From positions 101,812 to 165,811 of the forward strand of contig JAXMHR010000011.1 of NCBI GenBank assembly GCA_046346705.1: DNA of 64,000 bases. The letters are read 5' to 3'. The notes below the pieces were generated by a model, which worked only from the letters and a program-made list of their open reading frames with translations, had not been told where the DNA came from and made no database searches. Positions 8,916-16,328 of the stretch are shown one piece after another (position 1 is the stretch's first letter; every line of letters begins with the position of its first letter). Source of the DNA: Verrucomicrobiota bacterium. Its GTDB lineage: Bacteria; Verrucomicrobiota; Verrucomicrobiia; Limisphaerales; UBA9464. A program made the position numbers and the translations under genes.

Positions 8916-11900
8916 CTACTTTTTCCCCAGATTGGAGAGATAGGTCGCGAGGTCCCGGACTTCCTCCCGCGACAGCGTATCGAGAAGTCCGGCCGGCATC
9001 AGGGAGCCGATCTGCCGACGTTCCGCCACCTGCCTCGTGGCGAGGCGGACGACCTGGCCGGTAAGGTGATCGAGAATGGCCACCTCTTCGGGAGTCTCGC
9101 CGCGCAGGTATCCCTGGTAGGCTTCGCCATCCCGGGTGGTGATCTCGAAGGCGACGAAGCCCTCCTTGACCTCCTTTTGTGGCTCCAGCATCGCGCCGAG
9201 AACAAACTCCACAGTCTGCGAGGTTCCCAGCGCGCTCAGGTTGGGGCCAATCTTTCCGGGCGTACCGTCCACGCTATGGCATTGGGCACATCCAAGCTGC
9301 GGAGAAAGAAAGAGCGACGCTCCCCGCGTTGGATTTCCGGATTCCCGGACCTCGCGGGCCAGCACGGGAATGTCCGCGGGGGAAACCGTGCGCGTCGGCG
9401 CCATGCCCGAAGAGGCCCGGGTGAAGATGGCGGCGAGTTCGGCGTCACGGCGTCCGGACGCGGCCAGGAGTTGGAGGGCCACCCGCGCGGCTTCGGGGGA
9501 GGGAGGTGTGGCCCCCAACGCGGCGATGAGGTCGGGGATGGAATCCCGATGCTGGAGGAAAACCGGGAGCAGGGTGGGCGTGGTAGCGGCGCCTCCGGCT
9601 TCGGAGGACCACAACGTCGCCGCGGCCTTTGCCGCGGCCTTCGGATTTTTGCGCACGAGTCCTGCGGTGGCTGCAGCGCGGATCGGCACCGGATTGGGAT
9701 CCGCGGCCAGTTCGATCAATCGTGCCTTTGCCGGATCGGAGTCGAATCCGGCCAGACCCTCGGTGGCTCCCAGTTGAGCCAGCGGATTCGAAGGATCCGA
9801 ACTGCTGGCGAGGAGTTGGGGCAACACGGACTCGAGGTGCCAGGTACCGGCGAGTCGGAGTGCTGCGGCGCGGACGGCCGTATTCGTGGACGCCAGCAAC
9901 GGACGGAGGGCCGCATCCAGGTCGCCGTCGGGCCGGATGCCGCGGTTTCGGGAAACGGTACCCAAACGGTTCAACCATTCCGCATGTCGGCTCGCATCGT
10001 ACACCGGGCCGGCGCTGAAGGTCCTCAGCGCCAGAATCACCCCGAGGTCCTTGGGGTCGCCGGCGTCGGCAACCGTCTGCAACAATTCCTGTCGCGTCGC
10101 GTCTTCAAGGGCGACTTCGGAAATCCGGCGGAGACGTCCGGCGGCTCGGGACACGGTGTCGGCGCTGTGATCGGCACGGGTAAACGCGGTGAGGCGGTTG
10201 GCCTTGCCGCCGAAGGTCAGGGAACCGGACTCCAGAGCGGGGCGCCACCAGGGTTTGAGGGCCTGGACACACTGGACGAAGGCGTATTCCAGTGCGGAAT
10301 CCATCGGGGAATCCGTTGCCATGGCGGCGACCTCCACAGCGTGGGCATCCGGGACATAACTGCATGCGACGACCGCTTCGAGACGGACCCTCGGATGCGG
10401 GTCCGCGACCAGGTGCTCCAACTGAGCGAGGCGGAATGCCTGTTCGGTCGACGACGGCGTTGCGGATGAGCGTTCCGCCCAATGCCCGAGAACACGGGCC
10501 GCGTAGGCGCGGGCCTCAAATGCTTTGGCGTCTGCGAGCGTCTGCAGGAGGTTGGTTTGGACCAGACCGTGGTCGGTCAGAACCCCGAGGATCTCGAAAA
10601 GGTGCGCTTCGGAAGCTCCGGTTCCGGCGCGGCTGAGCCACCGGGTGGTCGCGGCGGACACGTCGGCGGGAAGGCGTCCCGCCAGGACACGGTGCGCCAT
10701 CTGCCGGGTCCAGCGGTCCGGGGATCCGAGATCCCCCACCAGTTCGTCGATGCCCCGCGTGCTCATCGGAATCGGAGCGCCCGGTCCGGGGCCCGACCGT
10801 TTCGGCGCGATGCGCCAGATGCGTCCGTGGGTTTTGTCCCGGGCCGGATCGCGGAAGCTGGCCTGGTAATGCCCGATGACCGGGTTCGCCCAGTCGCAGA
10901 GGTATAGTGCGCCGTCGGGACCGAAGCGGACGTCCACGATGCGGAAGGAGGTGTCCGAGGTTTCGATCAACGGGGCCAGGCGTTCGACCCGGAAGGTCGA
11001 TCCGTCGTCGGTGACGCGAAACCGTTCGACGGTGTTCTGGAGGTACCCGCCGGCGACAAACTCCCCCTGCTGCGCGGCGGGCCAGATGCGATTCTCCACG
11101 ACGTCGGCACCACCGAACTTCCGTCCCTGATTCCAAAGGGCCTTCTGCTCCAGGAAATGATCGGTGCGGATCATGGCCTGGGTGAGGTGATAGATGCCGT
11201 GCCCGTTGCCCGCGAAGACGAGGGGTTGTCCCCATCGGTCGAAGACGTTGCCGAAGGGATTGTGGGCTCCCATGGCGCCATCCCAGAACGCATCGAGGCG
11301 CTGCTGCCGCGGCCAGAATCTCCAGACGCCCGCCTGCCGGAGTTCCGCGATGCCCCACGGGGTTTCCACCCGGGAATTCGCATGCAATCCCTGGCTCATC
11401 AGGAGTTCGCCGCTGGGACCCCAGGTGAAGGAGTTGAGCGTCTGGTGTGCGTCGCCGGTGCCGAATCCGCTGAGCACCACCCGGCGTTCGTCCGCGCGCC
11501 CGTCTCCGTCGGTGTCCTTCAGGAAGAGGAGTTCGGTCGCGGCCCCGACATAAACCCCGCCGTCCCCGAGTTCGAGTCCGGTCGGGATCTGGAGTCCGTC
11601 GGCAAAGACGGTGGATCGGTCGGCACGGCCGTCGTGATCGCGATCCTCCAGCATGACGATCCGGTCGTTCGCCGGCTCCCCGGGCACGATCTGGGGATAG
11701 GTGACGCTGCCAGCCACCCAGAGGCGTCCGTCGGGGTCGAATCGGATCTGGATCGGTTTGACGATGCCGTTGGTTTCGGACGCGAAGAGGCTGACCTCGT
11801 ATCCGTCGAGGACCTTGAACGCGGCGAGCTGCTGGGCTGGATCCGGCACCGGAGCGGCCACTGCCGCGACCGCCTTCAGCAGGATGCCGACGCCCAGAAT

Positions 11901-11945
11901 GGAGGTCAGGGCTCGGAGGGAAGGATGGAAACGGAGCGGGTTCAT
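8916..11945 (-). CDS. PVC-type heme-binding CxxCH protein (membrane-bound dehydrogenase-like beta-propeller + HEAT repeats + C-terminal cytochrome c)
   Basis: Internal start MNPLRFHPSLRALTSILGVGILL (signal peptide). Contains DPDGRLWVA, DRDHDGRAD and DTDGDGRAD propeller-region motifs, a long HEAT-like middle, and a C-terminal GCAQCHSVDG heme c site. This is the Pirellula/Verrucomicrobium-type architecture. Confidence 0.85.
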   Translation of the reverse strand: MNPLRFHPSLRALTSILGVGILLKAVAAVAAPVPDPAQQLAAFKVLDGYEVSLFASETNGIVKPIQIRFDPDGRLWVAGSVTYPQIVPGEPANDRIVMLEDRDHDGRADRSTVFADGLQIPTGLELGDGGVYVGAATELLFLKDTDGDGRADERRVVLSGFGTGDAHQTLNSFTWGPSGELLMSQGLHANSRVETPWGIAELRQAGVWRFWPRQQRLDAFWDGAMGAHNPFGNVFDRWGQPLVFAGNGHGIYHLTQAMIRTDHFLEQKALWNQGRKFGGADVVENRIWPAAQQGEFVAGGYLQNTVERFRVTDDGSTFRVERLAPLIETSDTSFRIVDVRFGPDGALYLCDWANPVIGHYQASFRDPARDKTHGRIWRIAPKRSGPGPGAPIPMSTRGIDELVGDLGSPDRWTRQMAHRVLAGRLPADVSAATTRWLSRAGTGASEAHLFEILGVLTDHGLVQTNLLQTLADAKAFEARAYAARVLGHWAERSSATPSSTEQAFRLAQLEHLVADPHPRVRLEAVVACSYVPDAHAVEVAAMATDSPMDSALEYAFVQCVQALKPWWRPALESGSLTFGGKANRLTAFTRADHSADTVSRAAGRLRRISEVALEDATRQELLQTVADAGDPKDLGVILALRTFSAGPVYDASRHAEWLNRLGTVSRNRGIRPDGDLDAALRPLLASTNTAVRAAALRLAGTWHLESVLPQLLASSSDPSNPLAQLGATEGLAGFDSDPAKARLIELAADPNPVPIRAAATAGLVRKNPKAAAKAAATLWSSEAGGAATTPTLLPVFLQHRDSIPDLIAALGATPPSPEAARVALQLLAASGRRDAELAAIFTRASSGMAPTRTVSPADIPVLAREVRESGNPTRGASLFLSPQLGCAQCHSVDGTPGKIGPNLSALGTSQTVEFVLGAMLEPQKEVKEGFVAFEITTRDGEAYQGYLRGETPEEVAILDHLTGQVVRLATRQVAERRQIGSLMPAGLLDTLSREEVRDLATYLSNLGKK

Positions 11946-12841
11946 CGAACCTCCTTGTGGGCGGTGTCTGCGGTTTTCCAGATCTGTTCGTCCGCCTGTT
12001 GGATCAGCGGAACAAACTGTTCCATCTCCGCGGGGAACCAGCGGATGTTTCGGTCGCGGTGATCGCGACTGCTGGGTTGCTCGGTCCGGTCTCCGGCGAG
12101 GAAGGCCCAGTTCATGGGGCGCGTGTAGTCGAACCAAAGACGATTACGGACGACGACGGCCTGACGAACCGCTTCCAAGTCGGGAACGATGAACCGTCCC
12201 CGGGAATCGGTTTCGGATCGGGAGCGGACTACGGGCCCGACGAGTCCTTCAGCCACCGCCCGCCCGACATGGGCATCCCCGACATCCGGCGAGGCGCCGG
12301 GTTGAAGGTCGAGGAAGGGGATGTTTCTCCGGGAAGCCAGGGTTCGAATGCCGGCGGCGTAGTTTGAAATCGCGGCGAGTCGATCAGGGGAGGATGGGAC
12401 ACTGGAGGGCGGAACCGGGGCCACCAGGATTTGACGGGGGGTCACGGCGTTCACCTCGTCGAGCAGGAGCGCGTAGGCCTCCAGGAAGCGGGGGAGTTCC
12501 TTGGGGCCGGCGAGGGATTCCATTTCGCCGAACTGGACGAGCACCACCGTGGCACCGGCCGAGCGCAGTTGTTGGGTCAGCGGGGGATAATTGAGTTCGC
12601 GCGGACGGGAGAAGACCGTGTCGCCTTCCCACGCGAGTCCGCGCCAGCGCAGTTGATCTGCGGGCCGGGCCGCGGCCACCAGCGATTCGGCATAGCCACC
12701 CTTTTCCAGAGCGACCATCCGGGTGCCTCCCAGAACCGCGACCACGTCGTGGGGTTGGAGGAGGGGGCGGTCCTGTCCAGCGGCGGCGGACAGTTCCATC
12801 GAAAGCAGCAGCATGCCGCAGAAAATGCGAACCGGTTTCAT
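11942..12841 (-). CDS. SGNH/GDSL-like hydrolase, secreted
   Basis: Internal start MKPVRIFCGMLLLSMELSAAAG (signal peptide). The overall layout is SGNH-like (VVAVLGGTRM, VVLVQFGEMES, NIPFLDL). Its stop overlaps the ATG of the downstream heme protein (ATGA at 11942-11945). Confidence 0.6.
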   Translation of the reverse strand: MKPVRIFCGMLLLSMELSAAAGQDRPLLQPHDVVAVLGGTRMVALEKGGYAESLVAAARPADQLRWRGLAWEGDTVFSRPRELNYPPLTQQLRSAGATVVLVQFGEMESLAGPKELPRFLEAYALLLDEVNAVTPRQILVAPVPPSSVPSSPDRLAAISNYAAGIRTLASRRNIPFLDLQPGASPDVGDAHVGRAVAEGLVGPVVRSRSETDSRGRFIVPDLEAVRQAVVVRNRLWFDYTRPMNWAFLAGDRTEQPSSRDHRDRNIRWFPAEMEQFVPLIQQADEQIWKTADTAHKEVR

Positions 12842-12869
12842 CGGAGAGCCGGGCGGAGTGTGCCCACGA
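12800..12869. repeat. 70-bp direct repeat, left copy (5' end and leader of the SGNH gene)
   Basis: Matches 16175..16244 with 6 mismatches in 70 nt by hand alignment. The spacing is 3375 bp. Confidence 0.85.
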
Positions 12870-12954
12870 GGGTTGGAAGGGCCAAGCCAGTTCGGAAACG
12901 GGTCAGACCGGCTGCGTGCGGTGGTCAGTCGCGCCACTGCGGAACAAATCCGTG

Positions 12955-13884
12955 CTAGGGAGCAACCCCTGGAAATGGATACGGTCCGTTCATTCGTTCC
13001 CAGAGCCAGAGAAAATCCGGATTATTCGGCGTACTGCGGGACCACTCGAAGAACTCCGTGTTGTTGCGAATCACCGGCGAAGTCCTCGGATCCCGCCATT
13101 TGTGCAACTCGGCATGCCCGTCGGCAAAGGTCATGGCGCCGACGCGGCCGTGACGCGCGGCCGGCACTCCCTCCCACAGCCCACGGGGTCCTCCGTGCCA
13201 GATGACCCGGAAGACGCCCAGATTGATCGTCGATTCATGCTCGTCGATGAACACGAAGATCTGCGACGGCGACGTCCGGTTGAAATCCGCGGACCGCAGA
13301 AACGCCGTGGGTGAGTAGCTCCATTCCTCGGATTCCGGAATCTCGGAATTCCCGCTGTGCCCCACGCCATCCCCCAGCACGATGTATTGATTCATCGAAT
13401 AGCTGCGAACCCGACTTGGCCCGCGGCGTCCGTAGATATCCATTGTGCTGCGGTCCGCGGGGCAATGAAAGACACCGGCCGTCTTCAGGTAGGGTCCCAA
13501 GTGTCCGGGCCCTGGAGCCAGCAGCAAACTGCTGTTGGTGCGGGCGCCGACGCGGTCGTCCCAGGGGCTCATGTAACCGTTCACCCATCGGGCGCCATTC
13601 GGAAACACCGCATCCGTTTCCGAAGGAGAAAGCCAGTCGTTGTGGTCCGGAGCGTAGAGCATCCAGGCCAACTGGAGTTGACGAAGATTGTTCAGGCAGG
13701 CGATGGCCTGCGCCCGATCCCGGGCTTTCTGCAGGGTGGGCAGCAGGAGCCCGGCGAGAATGGCAATGATGGCGATCACCACCAGAAGCTCGATCAGGGT
13801 GAATCCCGGCACCCCGCTCCGGACGGCGACCGAACGGGACGTCCCGACGCGACTCCGTCCTGATCGATTCCGTCCCGAACTCAT
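12955..13884 (-). CDS. prepilin-type N-terminal cleavage/methylation domain protein, H-X9-DG family (pseudopilin-like)
   Basis: [45 protein letters not shown]-terminus and a C-terminal [13 protein letters not shown] (H-X9-DG). Confidence 0.85.
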   Translation of the reverse strand: MSSGRNRSGRSRVGTSRSVAVRSGVPGFTLIELLVVIAIIAILAGLLLPTLQKARDRAQAIACLNNLRQLQLAWMLYAPDHNDWLSPSETDAVFPNGARWVNGYMSPWDDRVGARTNSSLLLAPGPGHLGPYLKTAGVFHCPADRSTMDIYGRRGPSRVRSYSMNQYIVLGDGVGHSGNSEIPESEEWSYSPTAFLRSADFNRTSPSQIFVFIDEHESTINLGVFRVIWHGGPRGLWEGVPAARHGRVGAMTFADGHAELHKWRDPRTSPVIRNNTEFFEWSRSTPNNPDFLWLWERMNGPYPFPGVAP

Positions 13885-13896
13885 GGATACTCCCGG

Positions 13897-14661
13897 TCAC
13901 TCCGGTCGTCGCAACCGGAAGAACCGGTCGGCATCCTCCGGCGGAAGGTCGGCGGAGGTGCCCCCGGCGGGATAAGGCTCCCAAACAACCAGAGGCGACA
14001 GGCTGCGGGTGCTTTCCAGAATCCAACTGGATGTCCCCGGGGGCCAGTACAGGCGGACACCAGCGCTCTCAGGGAGAATCTCCGACGCAACGGGAATCGC
14101 CGGGGGAAACCCCGCCCGGATCGGTGCGTTAGGAACGGGATTCCAATCGAAACCACCCACCGTGAACAGGGTCTCCGGCTTGGAGTCCGGCCGAACAAAT
14201 CGAACCCACGCAAAGTGAGGCCCATCCTCGGTTCGAATCCTCACACCGATAAGAACATCAGTTCTCAATCCAGCGCCGATTGGGGAATTTCCTCCTGCCT
14301 GAAAATAATACCAGATGTTGGCTGACGAATCCCATTGCGCTATAAATCCGCAAAGAGGAGCGACATTCTGTTCCGTATTCGGGTTCAAATAGGATGGGCT
14401 CGAACCAGAAATCTCTGCGCCTGATTCGAAAAACGAATCCTTCGTGGTCCTTCCCAAGAGGACCGATCCATCGGTAGGAATCACGCCCGCACTCCCGGTC
14501 GCCAAGTCACCAACCAGGGAATACGAATACTCGTAAACCAGATCAGTGTTGCCATCCCCAATAAAATCAAACACTGCAAGATTGGTGCTGACCTGCGGGG
14601 GATCAGAAGCCAGCAACGAAACGCTCGCCAAGAAGAATGCCACTACACCCATTGGATTCAT
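13897..14661 (-). CDS. secreted hypothetical protein with C-terminal (Y/F)FRL tail module (copy 1, intact)
   Basis: Start chosen at MNPMGVVAFFLASVSLLASDPPQ (signal peptide). Ends ...WILESTRSLSPLVVWEPYPAGGTSADLPPEDADRFFRLRRPE. I recognise no family. Confidence 0.7.
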   Translation of the reverse strand: MNPMGVVAFFLASVSLLASDPPQVSTNLAVFDFIGDGNTDLVYEYSYSLVGDLATGSAGVIPTDGSVLLGRTTKDSFFESGAEISGSSPSYLNPNTEQNVAPLCGFIAQWDSSANIWYYFQAGGNSPIGAGLRTDVLIGVRIRTEDGPHFAWVRFVRPDSKPETLFTVGGFDWNPVPNAPIRAGFPPAIPVASEILPESAGVRLYWPPGTSSWILESTRSLSPLVVWEPYPAGGTSADLPPEDADRFFRLRRPE

Positions 14662-14965
14662 GCAGTGTTTTGGAAACCTGAAAATCTGAGCGTTTAATCG
14701 GGGGATGGCGCGTGGGTTTACGCGACTTTCGGGAAACATGGTAGGAAGTTGTCCGCCTTCCCGCAGAGTTTCAATTCGATTCCTTCCAGTGAGAGGCTTC
14801 TTTCGAATGGGTGCTGGTCTTGTGGGGTTGACCCACATGCGTCGAGGCATCGTTGAATCTTGAATCTAAGGAGACTCGGCCGGCAGGTACTTCGCCTCGG
14901 CTCGCCATCGCTCCGTGGCAGGCTGGTTGCAATCGAATCGTCTCGGAACTCATGGATACCTCCGC

Positions 14966-15731
14966 TCACTCCGGTCGTCGCAACCGGAAAAAGCGGTCGG
15001 CATCCTCCGGCGGAACGTCGGCGTAGGTGCCGCCGGCGGGATAAGGCTCCCAAACAACCGGAGGCGACAGGCTGCGGGTACTCTCCAGAATCCAACTGGA
15101 TGTCCCCGGGGGCCAGGACAGGCGGACACCGGCGCTCTCAGGGAGAATCTCCGACGCAACGGGAATCTCCGGGGAAACCCCGCCCGGATCGGTGCGTCAG
15201 GAACGGGATTCCAATCAAAACCACCCACCGTGAACAACGTCTCCGGCTTGGAGTCCGGCCGAACAAATCGAACCCACGCAAAGTGAACTTCAGTGTCTGC
15301 ATGCGAATTCGGGCGCCCACAATAACGTCGGTCCTCAGGCCAGCGCCGATCGGAACATTTCCACCCCCAAGAAAATAATGCCAAATCAGAGCATCTGGAT
15401 CCCATTGGGCAATAAACGCAGTCAACGGGAGTGCGTTCTGGCCCGACTTTGGATTCAAATAGGGTTGATTGGATCCTGAAACCTCGGTCCCTCGTTCAAA
15501 AAACGGATCCTTTGCTGTCCCTTCCAAGATCACCGTATCGTCAGCAGGTAATACGCCTCCTCCCCCACTCGCTATATCACCCACGAGAGAATATGAGTAT
15601 CTGTAAATTAGGTCAGAGTTTCCGTCTCCAGTAAAATTAAACACTGCAAGATTGGTGCTCACCTGCGGGGGATCAGAGGCCAGCAACGAAACGCTCGCCA
15701 AGAAGAATGCCACTACACCCATTGGATTCAT
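14966..15731 (-). pseudogene. frameshifted paralog of 13897..14661 (copy 2)
   Basis: The signal peptide is identical. The reading frame breaks near 15290-15300 (ARIRMQT then out of frame; HFAWVRFVRPDSKPETLFTVGGFDWNPV continues in another frame). It breaks again near 15165, where CCGGGG replaces the CCGGGGG of copy 1. The span is 766 nt versus 765 nt in copy 1. Confidence 0.75.
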
Positions 15732-16026
15732 GCAGTGTTTTGGAAACCTGAAAGCCTGAGCGTTTAATCGGGGCATGGCGCCTGGGTTTACGCGACTTTC
15801 GGCAAACATGGTAGGAAGTTGTCCGCCTTCCCGCAGAGTTTCAATTCGATTCCTTCCAGTGAGAGACTTCTTTCGATGGGTGCTGGTCTTGTGGGGTTGA
15901 CCCACATGCGTCGAGGCATCTTGAATCTAAGGAGACTCGGCCGGCAGTTACTTCGCCTCGGCTCGCCATCGCTCCGTGGCGCTTTGGTCGCAATCGAATC
16001 GTCCCGAAACTCAAGGATACCTCTGC

Positions 16027-16086
16027 TCACTCCGGTCGTCGCAACCGGAAAAAGCGGTCGGCATCCTCCGGCGGAACGTCGGCGTC
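16027..16086 (-). pseudogene. remnant of a third copy (last ~18-20 codons only)
   Basis: The reverse strand reads DVPPEDADRFFRLRRPE-stop. Similarity to copy 2 stops at 16086. Confidence 0.7.
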
Positions 16087-16174
16087 AACAAGGCAACTGA
16101 GACTGCATACCTCACACAACAACCGAAGACTCTAGTTCTCATTTCCTTTCCCTCCGTTTAATTAAAATAAACAC

Positions 16175-16244
16175 CGAGAGCAGTAGCCCGCCGCAGAAGA
16201 TGCGAACCGGTTTCATCGGAGAGCCGGGCGCAGTGTGCCCACGA
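16175..16244. repeat. 70-bp direct repeat, right copy, carrying a 25-aa stub ORF (16139..16216)
   Basis: Copy of the SGNH gene leader and first codons. The stub reads MKPVRIFCGGLLLSVFILIKRRERK-stop and runs into an AT-rich filler. Confidence 0.85.
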
Positions 16245-16265
16245 ACAAGGGAAGCGCGAGCCTGG

Positions 16266-16305
16266 AAACAAAACGGCGGGCGGGCCAAACCACAGCCCGT
16301 CCGCC
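16266..16305 (-). terminator. Rho-independent terminator after the 689-aa gene
   Basis: The minus strand reads GGCGGACGGGC-tgtggtttg-GCCCGCCCGCC followed by GTTTTGTTT, beginning 24 nt after the stop at 16329. Confidence 0.7.
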
Positions 16306-16328
16306 TTGCAAGGGGTGTTGTTGTTGAC

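Larger units (their letters stand above)
13861..16086. repeat. tandem duplication, about 1.07-kb unit, about 2.07 copies
   Basis: Unit starts are at about 13881, 14950 and 16011 (TCATGGATAC / TCATGGATAC / TCAAGGATAC). Each unit holds the C-terminal tail module, a variable core, the signal peptide, a 290-nt leader and the first codons of a pilin gene. The third unit ends abruptly at 16086. Confidence 0.9.

Noticed and set aside
8898-10469. 523-aa + strand ORF and similar ORFs (4423..5925, 28521..29771, 43060..44442, 58835..60076, 52587..53594, 53619..55058)
   Set aside because: Each is opposite or out of frame with a gene that has strong family motifs (the heme protein, lhgO, dienelactone hydrolase, manA/accA, the sigma factor, MFS and the sugar phosphate isomerase). 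Their translations are compositionally biased.
14662-14850. Upstream in-frame extension (MPRRMWVNPTRPAPIRKK...) of the duplicated secreted gene
   Set aside because: A textbook signal peptide begins at MNPMGVVAFFLASVSLLA. The extension is basic and low-complexity, and is better read as a conserved 5' leader.
13861-16086. Diversity-generating retroelement (template/variable repeat) as the explanation for the diverged core of the tandem copies
   Set aside because: No reverse transcriptase ORF is in the window. The divergence includes indels and all substitution types by eye, and the repeat unit spans a whole gene plus its leader.
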